Part shown: positions 51,948 through 64,000 of the stretch, piece by piece | Position numbering within the stretch: the first letter of the stretch is position 1 | How the letters are laid out: every line of letters starts with the position of its first letter | Assembly (NCBI GenBank): GCA_002269645.1 | Contig: NIVC01000200.1 | Span: forward strand, 62,001 to 126,000 | Origin: Macrostomum lignano | Taxonomy: Eukaryota | Direction of reading: 5' to 3' | Length of the DNA stretch: 64,000 nucleotides | Program-made: the position numbers and the translations under genes | The notes under the pieces: generated by a model | Database searches by the model: none | What the model was told of the DNA's origin: nothing | Seen by the model: only the letters and a program-made list of their open reading frames with translations

Positions 51948-54754
51948 ATGACGTCAGTTGCCGCAGCTGGCGCCCGTGCTCTCTGGCACCGGTTCCCTCG
52001 GCGACTCGCCTCAACCTCGGCTTCGCCGCCGGTTGTTAGCGAGGTTCGCGACTCGGTCGCCCGAGTGACGCTGGCCAATCCGAAGCAGCGCAACTCGCTG
52101 TCGTTGGAGACGCTTCGCCTATTGGAGTCGACGCTGAATAAACACGCAGACGACTCGGCAGTTCGGGCTGTGCTGCTTCGCTCCGACGGTCCCGTGTTCA
52201 GCTCCGGGCACAATCTGCGCGAGATGGACCAAGGCGAAGCACTGCGCCGCGATGTCATGTCGCAGTGCTCGCGACTGATGCTGCGGTTGCACAGCCTGCC
52301 CCTGCCTGTGATTGCCCAGGTGCGTCCATTGTGTGCTTGTCGAGCCCTCTTCCCCTACCTGTCTTTCCCTCTTCCCTTACCTGTCTTCCCCTCTTTCCTT
52401 ACCTGTTTTCCCCTCTTCCCTTACCTGTCTTCCCCTCTTTCCTTACCTGTTTTCCCCTCTTCCCCTACCTGTCTTCCCCTCTTCCCTTACCTGTCTTCCC
52501 CTCTTCCCCTACCTGTCTTTCCCTCTTCCCTTACCTGTATTCCCCTCTTTCCTTACCTGTTTTCCCCTCTTCCCCTACCTGTCTTCCCCTCTTCCCTTAC
52601 CTGTCTTCCCCTCTTTCCTTACCTGTTTTCCCCTCTTCCCCTACCTGTCTTCCCCTCTTCCCCTACCTGTCTTTCCCTCTTCCCTTACCTGTCTTCCCCT
52701 CTTTCCCTACCTGTCTTCCCCTCTTCCCTTACCTGTCTTCCCCTCTTTCCTTACCTGTTTTCCCCTCTTCCCCTACCTGTCTTCCCCTCTTCCCCTACCT
52801 GTCTTCCCCTCTTCCCTTACCTGACTTCCCCTCTTTCCTTACCTGCTTTCCCCTCTTCCCCTACCTGTCTTCCCCTCTTCCCCTACCTGTCTTCCCCTCT
52901 TCCCTTACCTGTCTTCCCCTCTTTCCTTACCTGTCTTTCCCTCTTCCCTTACCTGTCTTCCCCTCTTTCCCTACCTGTCTTCCCCTCTTCCCTTACCTGT
53001 CTTCCCCTCTTCCCTTACCTGTCTTCCCCTCTTTCCTTACCTGTTTTCCCCTCTTCCCCTACCTGTCTTCCCCTCTTCCCCTACCTGTCTTCCCCTCTTC
53101 CCTTACCTGACTTCCCCTCTTTCCTTACCTGTTTTCCCCTCTTCCCCTACCTGTCTTCCCCTCTTCCCCTACCTGTCTTCCCCTCTTCCCTTACCTGTCT
53201 TCCCCTCTTTCCTTACCTGTTTTCCCCTCTTCCCTTACCTGTCTTCCCCTCTTTCCTTACCTGTTTTCCCCTCTTCCCCTACCTGTCTTCCCCTCTTTCC
53301 TTACCTGTTTTCCCCTCTTTCCTTACCTGTTTTCCCCTCTTCCCCTACCTGTCTTCCCCTCTTTCCTTACCTGTTTTCCCCTCTTCCCCTACCTGTCTTC
53401 CCCTCTTCCCCTACCTGACTTCCCCTCTTCCCTTACCTGTCTTCCCCTCTTCCCCTACCTGTCTTCCCCTCTTCCCTTACCTGTCTTCCCCTCTTTCCTT
53501 ACCTGTTTTCCCCTCTTCCCCTACCTGTCTTCCCCTCTTCCCCTACCTGTCTTCCCCTCTTCCCCTACCTGTCTTCCCCTCTTCGCTTACCTGTCTTCCC
53601 CTACCTGTCTTCCCTCTTCCCCTACCTGTTTTCCCCTCTTCCCTTACCTGTATTCCCCTACCTGTCTTTTCCCTCTTCCCCTACCTGTCTTCCTCTTCCC
53701 CTACCTGTCTTCCCTCTTCCCTTACCTGTTTTCCCCTCTTCCCTTACCTGTTTTCCCCTCTTCCCTTACCTGTCTTCCCCTACCTGTCTTTTCCCTCTTC
53801 CCCTACCTGTCTTCCTCTTCCCCTACCTGTCTTCCCTTTCCCTCTTCCCCTGCCTGTCTGTCAATTTATCGTAGAGAGTTAAATGGCTATCTTGCTCGTC
53901 TCCCATCCCATGCAGGTGTCCGGCCTAGCCACAGCGGCCGGCTGCCAGCTGGTGGCCTCCTGCGACCTGGCCGTGGCCGCCTCCAGTGCTCGGTTCGCCA
54001 CACCCGGAGTGAAAATTGGCCTGTTCTGCTCCACTCCCGCCGTAGCCTTGGCCCGATCTGTGAACGGTTAGTTGGGCTAAATTCTGCTATTGATATGTAA
54101 AAGCACCTATAGAACAACTACCATTTTGGTATACAAGCGTTAAGTAGAAAATATTAAATTTGTGCACAAAACGATTATATTTTTCATATATTAACTACTC
54201 TACTTATAGTAGAGATATAAGGATAAAAATGTAGAATAATTTAAGCAACGAATTTTATTTGCTTTTTTAATTCGTCAAACAAATCCCTTCACAAAACCTG
54301 ACAGATCCCCAAATCCCTAAATTATACACGAAGCTAGTGTGTCTCCCCACTGTGTCTTTACCACTTATTAATTAATAACTTGTATCCTTTCATTTTACAC
54401 CTGTCAGGCAAAATGGCAATGCGCATGCTGCTCACCGGCGAGCCAATTACAGCTCAGGAGGCGCTAAACTCCGGCCTAGTCAGTCACGTGGCCGAGGACG
54501 CCGATTTAGAAACTACTACGGAGGCATTGGTTGCTATGGTTACCCGGCACAGTAGGCCAGTGGTTGCTATGGGCAAGCAAACATTCTATCAACAGGTGAA
54601 GCTGCCCAGAGATGAAGCTTATCGCCTGTGCGAGTCCACGATGCTGGCCAATCTCCGTCTGCCCGACGCTCAGGAAGGAATTGCGGCTTTCTTAGAAAAG
54701 CGACAACCGAATTGGAGCCATTCGGACAAGGAAATTGTCGAGAAGCAGAAGTGA
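51948..54754 (+). CDS. ECHDC3: Enoyl-CoA hydratase domain-containing protein 3-like, 289 aa, three exons
   Basis: Exons 51948-52319, 53916-54066, 54408-54754. Arg/Ala-rich mitochondrial-type leader, [51 protein letters not shown]. Confidence 0.93.
52345..53855. repeat. Pyrimidine-rich minisatellite (cttcccctcttcccttacctgt-type units) filling ECHDC3 intron 1
   Basis: Directly visible. Confidence 0.95.
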
Positions 54755-54924
54755 CCGGTGCTTCAAATTTGACATCATGATTTTTTTAAAATTAAAATCG
54801 ATATATATTTTATGAATTTGGCTTGATGTAAAATGATTTCTCTCTGATTAGAATAAATCTATTTTTATCGTCATTTTTGTGCGCCATTCGCACTACTGAT
54901 TTTGTCGATTATGACAGTAGTAGT

Positions 54925-55359
54925 ATGCAAGGCTTTTGTTCGGTAATTTTTCTATATAAAGCTAAAAATAAGTCTAATTTAATAGATTAAATTAACAAAA
55001 ACAAATTTCGTTTTCTTTCCAGCCAAGAACTGCATCTGGTGCGGTTGCACTTCAAAGTTTAGTCGGTTAAATAACGACAAATTATTAAACTAAATCTAGT
55101 CTACAATAAAGCTACAATCCTGGCCGCGGCCGCTGCTCAAGATCAGATAGTTGGCGGAGTTGTCGGGGGCCTGCTCGCCCTAGTCCTGCTCAGCCTCTGT
55201 GTTGCCCTTTATTGTTACTTCCGTCGTAGGCCCAGCCACTCCGGGGACTACGAGACTAACGAGGCGAAGAGCGCCGAGCTGACCGACAATCCCGACGCCG
55301 CTGTGCGTTACGGCGCGGCGGCTGGGCAGCCGGATTTGCGAGAGGAATTCTACATGTGA
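54925..55359 (+). CDS. Small single-pass membrane protein with a neurexin-IV/Caspr/glycophorin-C-like cytoplasmic tail (~103 aa, three predicted exons)
   Basis: Exons 54925-54942, 55023-55056, 55100-55359. TM IVGGVVGGLLALVLLSLCVALYCYF, then RRRPSHSGDYETNEAKSAE (4.1-binding-like) and terminal EEFYM (PDZ-type). The last exon is convincing; the first two are tentative. Not in the ORF track. Confidence 0.6.
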
Positions 55360-56294
55360 TTTTTTAAAACATGTATAGCTACTTTCGATACATATCGGCA
55401 GGCTGTGTAAAACACGTTTTAGTGTTTTAACGGGTTTCTTGTAGACTAAAATTTCATTTCTTTTGATTTTACCTTCTTAAAAAATGTATTAAACCAATAT
55501 GTGTACCAAAACGTCTGTAGTTGTTTATAATTGTTTTCGATACATATCGGTCGTGTAGAAATTTGAGGTAATAAAGACGATTTAAATTAAAAAACTAACC
55601 GATATTTTTTTTGATTTGTTACCAGTCAGAATTTTTCCTTAAAACATCCCTCTGACTATATGAGATTCGAACCTCAGGCGTTTATTGTTTTGAAACTGCC
55701 TTAAAATTAGATTTCGAAACATATCGGGAGATGTTTTGATACGCATATCTGTAATTGAAGTTAGTTTAGTCAGAAGTTTCTTACAATTCTTAAATGATTC
55801 AATTTGTATTATTCGATACATATCGGTGAAGCATAGAATCTGGTCTTGGCTTATTAAAAGTTACAAAAGTATCAGGGGCTGGTGAAGACTCGAACCCCTG
55901 TCATGTGTTGTAATAAGCTTCCTTTAGTCTGTCAAAAGATCAGCACCCGATGAACTTAGACTGTGATTCGCAATATGATATATTTGCATATTTTTTCATG
56001 TATCAGTGATCATTGCATAGTACCATGTGCTCAATATTGCCTATTCTAGCGCCTAGTTGTGTGACTTTGTTTTTTATAATAATGTACACTGCGGACAATG
56101 AATCTAATTTTTCTATGACTTTAAATTTGCTGTTTTGCTGTCTTTTTGAAATTATTACTTTCCTGGTAATTTGTTCTTTATTCCAGTCGTTTAAAGTTGA
56201 TATGTTTGTCAATATTCTCTGAGCTTGTTCCTCCTTTTGGCTTGCTCTTTACAATATTATTTAGTGCAGCTTTTTTTTCTATTTTAATCGTTGA

Positions 56295-56600
56295 TCTTTA
56301 GATAAGGCCGCTCAACATTCCTTTGATCTTTAGATAAGGCCGGTAAACATTCCTTTGATCTTTAGATAAGGCCGCTCAACATTCCTTTGATCTTTAGATA
56401 AGGCCGGTAAACATTCCTTTGATCTTTTGATAGCCTAAACTTCCTTTGATCTTTAGATAAGGCCGCTAGGCTTTCCTTTGATCTTTAGATGAAGCCGGTA
56501 AACATTCCTTTGATCTTTAGATAAGGCCGCTAGACTTTCCTTTGATGTTTAGATGAGGCCGCTAAACTTTCCTTTGATGTTTAGATGAGGCCGCTAAACT
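56295..56600. repeat. ~32-bp tandem repeat ttcctttgatctttagataaggccg...
   Basis: Directly visible. Confidence 0.9.
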
Positions 56601-57149
56601 ATCTTTTGATGTTTTTTATCTAATTACTAATTAGTCCACTGACTCACTTGCCACTATAGTAGCAATTAGTTTTCGCACTTTGGGTGCCTTTATTGCCTTC
56701 TGCTCTCTGATATTTTTGGCGACAGCACACTGTCAAACTTTTGTGCCACACTTTCCCAGCGTCTGTCAGAGGTTTTAATACTTGCGTAATGTCATTAAAA
56801 ATTAAATAACCATTTTTCCTGTACTTTTTTCTATACTACGAGTATTTAAAATTTTATATGTGTACATTTGTACACACTTCGATTGACATTGCAATTGCAG
56901 GCATATATTTTAAATTACTAATATGAACCCGCTGAAGTTAATATTGTTAAATTGCAAAATTTAAATTATTTTGGTTAAAGCAGGCCTCTTACTAATAGTA
57001 ATCAAGGCTGTGTTTTACTATCTTCACTTAAAGTGACATATGAAACACTCCGTTAAACATCATTTTGTTTATTTGTTTTTTTATGAGCAGTCTCTAAACA
57101 CTAAATTACACTTATATCAAATCACAAGCAGTTGCTTTTTAAGCAGTTT

Positions 57150-57590
57150 ATGACCAGATTACGAAGATTGCATGACCAAATTACAAGTATTGTATGACCA
57201 GATTACGAAGATTGCATGACCAAATTACAAGTATTGTATGACCAGATTACAAGGATTGTATGACCAGATTACAAGGATTGTGTGACCAGATTACATGGAT
57301 TGTATGACCAGATTACAAGGATTGTGTGACCATATTACAAGGATTGTGTGACCATATTACAAGGATTGTGTGACCAAATTACAAGGAGTATGACCAGATT
57401 ACATGGATTGTATGACCAGATTACATGGATTGTATGACCAGATTACATGGATTGTATGACCAGATTACAAGGATTGTGTGACCATATTACAAGGATTGTA
57501 TGACCAGATTACAAGGATTGTGTGACCATATTACAAGGATTGTGTGACCATATTACAAGGATTGTGTGACCAGATTACAAGTGGTCCATG
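57150..57590. repeat. ~22-bp tandem repeat gaccagattacaaggattgtat
   Basis: Directly visible. Confidence 0.92.
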
Positions 57591-58334
57591 GCCAGACTGC
57601 AAGTAGTGTATGATCAGATGGCTAGCAAGCAGTTCACATGCATGTCCATGCAGATTAGAATAAGTTGTATGACTCGATTTCAAGAAAATCATGAGCCGCA
57701 GATCCTCGCGGACGAATCGCGGTAGTCAGCGAACTTTATACCTTTCTTAGAAGACAAGAGATGGGATGAGAGAAAAAAGCTGAGAAGAGAATGAGAGACC
57801 TTGAGAATATCGCGGATGGCTTATTGTGAAGTTTCCAAGGACCCCATGCCTTGGCCCCTGTAGCATAAGCTCTTGGAACAGGAGTTTCTTTGCATGTAAA
57901 TTAATTCTCTGTTGTTTTCTTGTCTTCCGGCCAAAGGAAGCAATCTACACTGCAGCTTCCTTTATGTGGCTATATCAAGTGAGTGATTAAGTTACATGTG
58001 CGCCACGCGTTAATGCTGGATTTGATATTTAATCAGAGTCGAAAATTCTAAAGCACAGTATAGACACATTGTGCATTTATAAACTACGTGACTTGCAGAT
58101 CTACATTTACTTTAGGCTCATGCGAGTTCGTGTCCTGAGAATATTTGAGAACAAAACTTTGGCTCGTATACAGAGAAGCGCTATCTATATACACTTGATT
58201 AAGCTTTATTCCTTATTCAATCCCCCTAGAGAGAGACTTACGCACTTTAGCTACCTTGTCTATTCGATTTTCTATTACACACTGTCTTCGGCCATCTGGA
58301 AGAATTATCAACTTTTGAGTTGTTTTCAAAGGAT

Positions 58335-58900
58335 GGGATTAGCGAGGCGCCAGATCAGAAGGGATTAGTGAGGCGCCAGATCAGAGGGAATTATAGCGAG
58401 GCGCCAGATTAGGGATAAGCGAGGCGCCAGATCAGAAAAGATTAGCGAGGCGCCAGATCAGGAGGGATTAGCAAGGCGCCAGATCAGGAAGGATTAGCGA
58501 GGCGCCAGATCAGGAAGGATTATAGCGAGGCGCCAGATTAGGGATTAGCGAGGCGCCAGATTAGGGATTAGCGAGGCGCCGATTAGGGATTAGCAAGGCG
58601 CCAGATCAGAGGGAATTAGCGAGGCGCCAGATTAGGGATAAGCGAGGCGCTAGATTAGGGATTGGCGAGGCGCCAGATCAGAAAAGATTAGCGAGGCGCC
58701 AGATCAGGAGGGATTAGCAAGGCGCCAGATCAGGAAGGATTAGCGAGGCGCCAGATTTGGGGGAATTAGCGAGGCGCTAGATTAGGGATTAGCAAGGCGC
58801 CAGATCAGAAGGGATTAGCGAGGCGCCGATTAGGGATTAGCGAGGCGCTAGATTAGGGATTAGCGTGGCGCCAGATCAAGAGGGATTAGCGAGGCGCCAG
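58335..58900. repeat. Minisatellite with core gggattagcgaggcgccagat
   Basis: Directly visible. Confidence 0.92.
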
Positions 58901-59719
58901 TGCTTAATTCGCTAGCATTAAAACCACGGCCTCGATTCGGTAGAATTCCTCATCAACAAGAATACGACTCAGCAGTGTACGTACATGTAGCCCTGTTCTA
59001 TAGTAGCAGATATTGCCTGCTAAACTAATCGAGTATTTTGTTGCACAGCGAAGTGCCCATGCAGAGTCCGGGTTAGCTAGAGGCTAAGTTAATCATTTTT
59101 CTGATCAAGGAGATGTCAGTCTGCATGGCGCATGGTGCGAGAGAGGTTGGGCGCGCGAGTGAAGAGTGCAGGATGCTGCCTCGAGCCGAGGGGCTTGAAG
59201 ACGGATGAAGGTGACAGTGGAGCCATGGGATTTGCAATTTTATCCCTCTTGATTGTGCTTGGCTGTCTCTTGGCTCCAGAAGCGATATCTCATCTTGTTA
59301 TTGAGCTGACTGATGGTATCGATTTGATTGAGGGTGGAACAGTAGTAGCCAGTGCTCACAATAAGACGGCTAACGACCTCGTAATGAATGATTGATTACA
59401 TTAGAGGGTCTTGCAGACAATTGTTTCTTCAGCATACGAGCTTAGTAAATTGACCATGCAGGAGATCAATGTCGGGATATTTTTCCGAATAATTCGTTGA
59501 ATAATCAATCAGGCAACGGAAGCCATCGAATATCGCGTGCAGTCTTCCTCTCTTCTTTCGAGTTTCGAGTTTGGCTTCGCTTTGCACGGCTGTTTCTTAG
59601 AATAGCTTGCGGTGTTTCTTTCTTTTAAGTGGATTTAGCCTTAGTTTAGGGGAGTGGCATAGTAGGATTCAGGAGAGCTGGGTGGACATTCGGGTTGAAA
59701 TAAATTAAAAAAACGAAGC

Positions 59720-60245
59720 AGAGAAGAAGAGGGAAGGGAAGAGGGGGATGGCGGAAGGGAGAGGGAGAGAAGAGATGAGGGTAGGAGAGAGTAGAGAAGG
59801 AAGTAGAGAAGGAGAAGGAATGAGAGGGAGAGGGAGGGTATGGGGGAGAGGAGAGGAGAGAAAAGGAGAGGGAGATGGTGAGGGAGTAGAGGGAGAGAGG
59901 AAGGAGAGGAGGGTAGGGGGAGAGATGAGAGAAAAGGAGAGGGAGAGAAGAGAGGGAGAGAAGAGAGAAGGAGGGTAGGGGGAGAGATGAGAGAAATGGA
60001 GAGGGAGAGAAGAGAGGGAGAGAAAAGAGAAGGAGGGTAGGGGGAGAGATGAGAGAAATGGAGAGGGAGAGAAGAGAGAAGGAAGGTAGGGGGAGAGATG
60101 AGAGAAATGGAGAGGGAGAGAAGAGAGGGAGAGAAGAGAGAAGGAGGGTAGGGGGAGAGATGAGAGAAATGGAGAGGGAGAGAAGAGAGGGAGAGAAGGG
60201 AGAAGGAGGGTAGGGGGGAGAGAGGAGAGAAGTGAGAGAGGAGAA
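59720..60245. repeat. GA-rich low-complexity tract upstream of the iGluR gene
   Basis: Directly visible. Confidence 0.9.
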
Positions 60246-60551
60246 GATGATCAGTAGAAGCGGTTGAGATCAGGTATCCGGACAGGGAAGCAGTGCCGGA
60301 AATAGGCAAGCAGAGGGACAGGGAGAGGGCAGAGAGGAGAGTGACCTGGGACACTTGGAGACCGCGCAAAAGCGAGAGCAGTGTAGAAGAGAAGAGTTCC
60401 CAATATTCCAGCCAGCTCCCAGCGACCGGCAGCCAATGGCCGCTCCGGTTTGAAGGCTGCAAAATCATTAAAAACGAGTGGACTCGATCAGCTCGCTAGC
60501 AGTGCTGCAACTACAAACTACAGCCCAGACGAATATCAGTGATTCTACCCA

Positions 60552-63500
60552 GTGACAGAAATGCTCAGACAGCATTATCTTTGTCTTCTAGCAGCAGTGT
60601 CTGCTGTCTGCCTTTGCGCTGCATCCGACGCTGTTCTCAAAGCAGGAACGCTGACTCTTGGCGCCGTGTTGCCAAGTGGCAATGCTCAACTTCGTTCCGC
60701 ATTCTATTTGACGCTAAAACGGCGTCAAATAGATCCAAGTGGCGCCGTACAATGGCGCCTAGCTGTGGCAGACGCTGCCGACCCGATGGAAATTCAGCTA
60801 GCAATACGTCGCGAACTTCAAGACGTCGCCTGTCTCATAGCTGTAAGCAGCGAGTTGGACTCGATGAGTCACGTTGCTCATCTAGCTAGAAATCTCAGCC
60901 TGCCCGTTGTCATGGCAACAGCAGTAGCCAGCGGAGACGCCGGAGGATTCTACATGCGACCGAGTCTGGCGCCAGAGGCGGCGCTGAAGATTGCGCTGGG
61001 CTTCGGGTGGCGCCAGGCCGTCTATCTGGTTAACAGCGCTGACGGTCTGGCCCGGGCTGCTCAGTCGGCTGCCACAGCTGCCCGATCGGGACTCGAACTC
61101 CGGACTGTCTACTTGCCGGCGACAGAGGTGCCGCTACCCCGACGCTACTTGGATGTGCCTGAGCTGGACGGCAAGCACCGGAGGCGGGTGGTGGTGGATC
61201 TGGAGCCGGCGGAGCAGCAGGTGCAGCACCTGATGGCATCGCTGAGCGGAGCCGGGCTGAATAGGCGCGAGTTTCACTACCTGCTGCTCGACGGGGCGGC
61301 GGCGCAGCTGCCCACGGTGGGGCTGCTGTACAGCGGGGTGTCCGTGACTGGCCTGCAGCTGCTGGGGCTCGGGAGGCGGGAGGTGAGACATGGACAGGTG
61401 TTGAGGGGCCAGAGATCGATGAGGGCCAAGTCCCAAGGCACAGAGAGAGTACATGTCTGACGATTAGAATGTCAGGGCCGCGGTACACCCTGAGTGAGCG
61501 CGTGTGTGAGTGTCTGTTTGCGTACAGTATTGGTGCACTTGTGTGTGATCCGGAGTCTGCGGAATGGGTCGAGCTGCCTGACCGCTGGTGATGGGACGAT
61601 CAAATCTCAGACACAATCCCTAATCCCATCCCGGACACAATCCTTAAATTACATAATCCCGGACACAATCCCTAAATACATAATCCCGGACACAATCCCT
61701 AAATACATAATCCCGGACACAATCCCTAAATACATAATCCCGGACACAATCCCTAAATACATAATCCCGGACACAATCCCTAAATACATAATCCCGGACA
61801 CAATCCCTAAATACATAATCCCGGACACAATCCCTAAATACATAATCCCGGACACAATCCCTAAATACATAATCCCGGACACAATCCCTAAATACATAAT
61901 GCCGGACACAATCCCTAAATACATAATCCCGGACACAATCCCCAATCACATCCCGGACACAATCCCTAAATACATAATCCCGGACACAATCTCTAATTAC
62001 ATCCCGGACACAATCCCTAATTACATGATCCCGGACACAATCCCCAATCACATCCCGGACACAATCCCTAATTACATAATCCCGGACACAATCCCTAATT
62101 ACATAATCCCGGACACAATCCCTAATTACATGATCCCGGACACAATCCCTAATTACATAATCCCGGACACAATCCCTAATTACATGATCCCGGACACAAT
62201 CCCCAATCACATCCCGGACACAATCCCTAATTACATAATCCCGGACACAATCTCTAATTACATAATCCCGGACACAATCCCTAATTACATAATCCCGGAC
62301 ACAATCCCTAATTACATGATCCCGGACACAATCTATAATTACATAATCCCGGACACAATCCCTATAGCTAATTACATGATCCCGGACACAATCCCTAATT
62401 ACATAATCCCGGACACAATCTCTAATTACATAATCCCGGACACAATCTCTAATTACATAATCCCGGACACAATCCCTAAATACATAATCCCGGACACAAT
62501 CTCTAATTACATAATCCCGGACACAATCCCTAATTACATGATCCCGGACACAATCCCCAATCACATCCCGGACACAATCCCTAATTACATAATCCCGGAC
62601 ACAATCTCTAATTACATAATCCCGGACACAATCCCTAATTACATAATCCCGGACACAATCCCTAATTACATGATCCCGGACACAATCCCTAATTACATAA
62701 TCCCGGACACAATCCCTAATTACATAATCCCGGACACAATCCCCAATCACATCCCGGACACTGCAGGTTCGCGACCTCAAGCACCGCTGGCAGCTGATCA
62801 GTCAGCATGTTGAAACCCAACAGCGGCAGCGCGAAGGCCATGGCGGCTCCTCTCCGCCTCCTCCTCCGTCGCTGCAGACGGTGGCTCTGGTCATGGACTC
62901 GGTGACCGCGGCGCTGACAGCAGCGACAGCAGCTCAGCTCGACCTTAACGCAGCATCGTCGAGAACGACGACAGAAGCCAGGAAACGGATGCGGTGGCAC
63001 CTGGCCAACACCGTTGATTTCGTTGGCTACACCGGCCGTGTCACCTTTCGCGGCGGCGGCGGTGGCAGTCAGCGGCGGACGAGTTTGTCGGTGCCGGTGC
63101 TGCAGTTGAACAGCCCGGACGGCTTCCGGCATCTGGACGATTGGCGGTCGAACTCGAATTCGCGGCCGATGCAACTGTCGCCGGACGTTGCTCATGGCGG
63201 CGGATTCTTCGATAGCAGCGACAGTGACATCGGTGTCGGCTTCAGGGGGCGCCGGAACCGAACAGCGAAGTCGTCGCTGCGCTGGCCGAGTCTCATCCGG
63301 GTGGTGACCATCGAGTCCAGGCCGTTCGTGCAGCCGAAAACTGCATCGTTAGCGACAGCAGCCGATGACGTCGGTAGCAACGACACCGCACCGTCTGCGT
63401 CGCCACGTCGCCTGCCGTTTGAAGGCTTCTGCATGGAGCTGCTGGAGCGAATTGCCGAGCGAGTTGGCGGGCTGAAGTACTCGGTGCACCTTGTCCACGA

Positions 63501-63750
63501 TGGTCAGTACGGCGGTAGGAACTCCAGCGCTCCGGCAGCGACAGCGGAGGCGGACAAGTGGAACGGCATGATCGGCGAGCTGCTTCAAGACACCGCCGAT
63601 GTCGCATTCGCGCCGCTGACCATCAACACGGAGCGATCGAAGGTGGTGGACTTCACCGAGCCGTTTCTCACCTTTGGCATCTCAATCATGATCAAGAAGC
63701 CGCGCAAGGAGAAGCCGGGAATTTTCGGATTCTTGCAGCCGCTGTCTCAG
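60552..63750 (+). CDS. Ionotropic glutamate receptor subunit (AMPA/kainate-like), 5' part; continues beyond the window
   Basis: Exons 60552-61382 and 62767-63750. Signal peptide, divergent ATD, S1 ligand-binding motifs FEGFCMELLERIA, DGQYG, WNGMIGELL, DVAFAPLTINTERSKVVDFTEPF, SIMIKKP...GIFGFLQPLS. Confidence 0.92.
61605..62760. repeat. 27-bp minisatellite tcccggacacaatccctaa(a/t)tacataa filling iGluR intron 1
   Basis: Directly visible. Confidence 0.96.
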
Positions 63751-64000
63751 GTGAGGCGACGTCGTCTGCTGTGCTGGGCTTTGCATGTCCATGCTCACTG
63801 AGCCCTAGGTTTAACTGCCTAGTCGCTTTTTCCTGCTATCCTGCCAGTCCTCAGTGCTGCCCCCCCCCATGAGTGCCGCCTCTCCTACCAGTCCCGAGTG
63901 TCTAACTGCAAGTAAGCTCAACGGGTGCGTGCAATAAAATTTTTGGTAATTTTATATTAAGACATATTATGACATATTATGAATTTTATGTTATGATCTA

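Noticed and set aside
51948-53882. 644-aa ORF
   Set aside because: ECHDC3 exon 1 reading through into a pyrimidine-rich intronic repeat; the true donor is at 52320.
55655-55910. tRNA-like B-box fragments (GGTTCGAATC / GGTTCGAGTC on the minus strand)
   Set aside because: No full cloverleaf or A-box could be built; at most SINE/tRNA remnants.
59132-59395. 87-aa ORF with a hydrophobic stretch
   Set aside because: No recognisable family, splice context or codon support.
61494-62813. 439-aa PDTIPNYII repeat ORF and its antisense ORFs
   Set aside because: Intronic 27-bp minisatellite; no independent evidence of coding.

Overview
Repeat-rich animal (metazoan) genomic DNA with short spliceosomal introns and many minisatellites; the style suggests a flatworm such as Macrostomum, but that is inference. 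The left third is one 18.1-kb element (2595-20714) bounded by ~430-bp imperfect terminal inverted repeats and an exact 6-bp target-site duplication (GACAGT). It carries a Polinton/Maverick-type protein-primed DNA polymerase B gene split by six spliceosomal introns, now lacking its exonuclease region. No integrase, capsid, ATPase or maturation protease is recognisable. Instead it holds a divergent pair of intron-containing genes (CMC/EnSpm-type transposase and DUF4806-like partner) and a non-LTR RT fragment joined to the truncated transposase through a perfect 1.2-kb (GATA)n tract. The rest holds host genes: calmodulin-like, ERM, SPEF1, PFDN1, ECHDC3, a previously hidden ~103-aa neurexin-IV/glycophorin-C-like membrane mini-gene, and the 5' part of an ionotropic glutamate receptor. 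A second LINE relic, a Merlin relic, a hAT-like MITE, a foldback-like intronic structure, a 178-bp hairpin and many tandem arrays are also present. All exon structures were derived by hand from GT-AG sites and frame continuity; no database searches were run.
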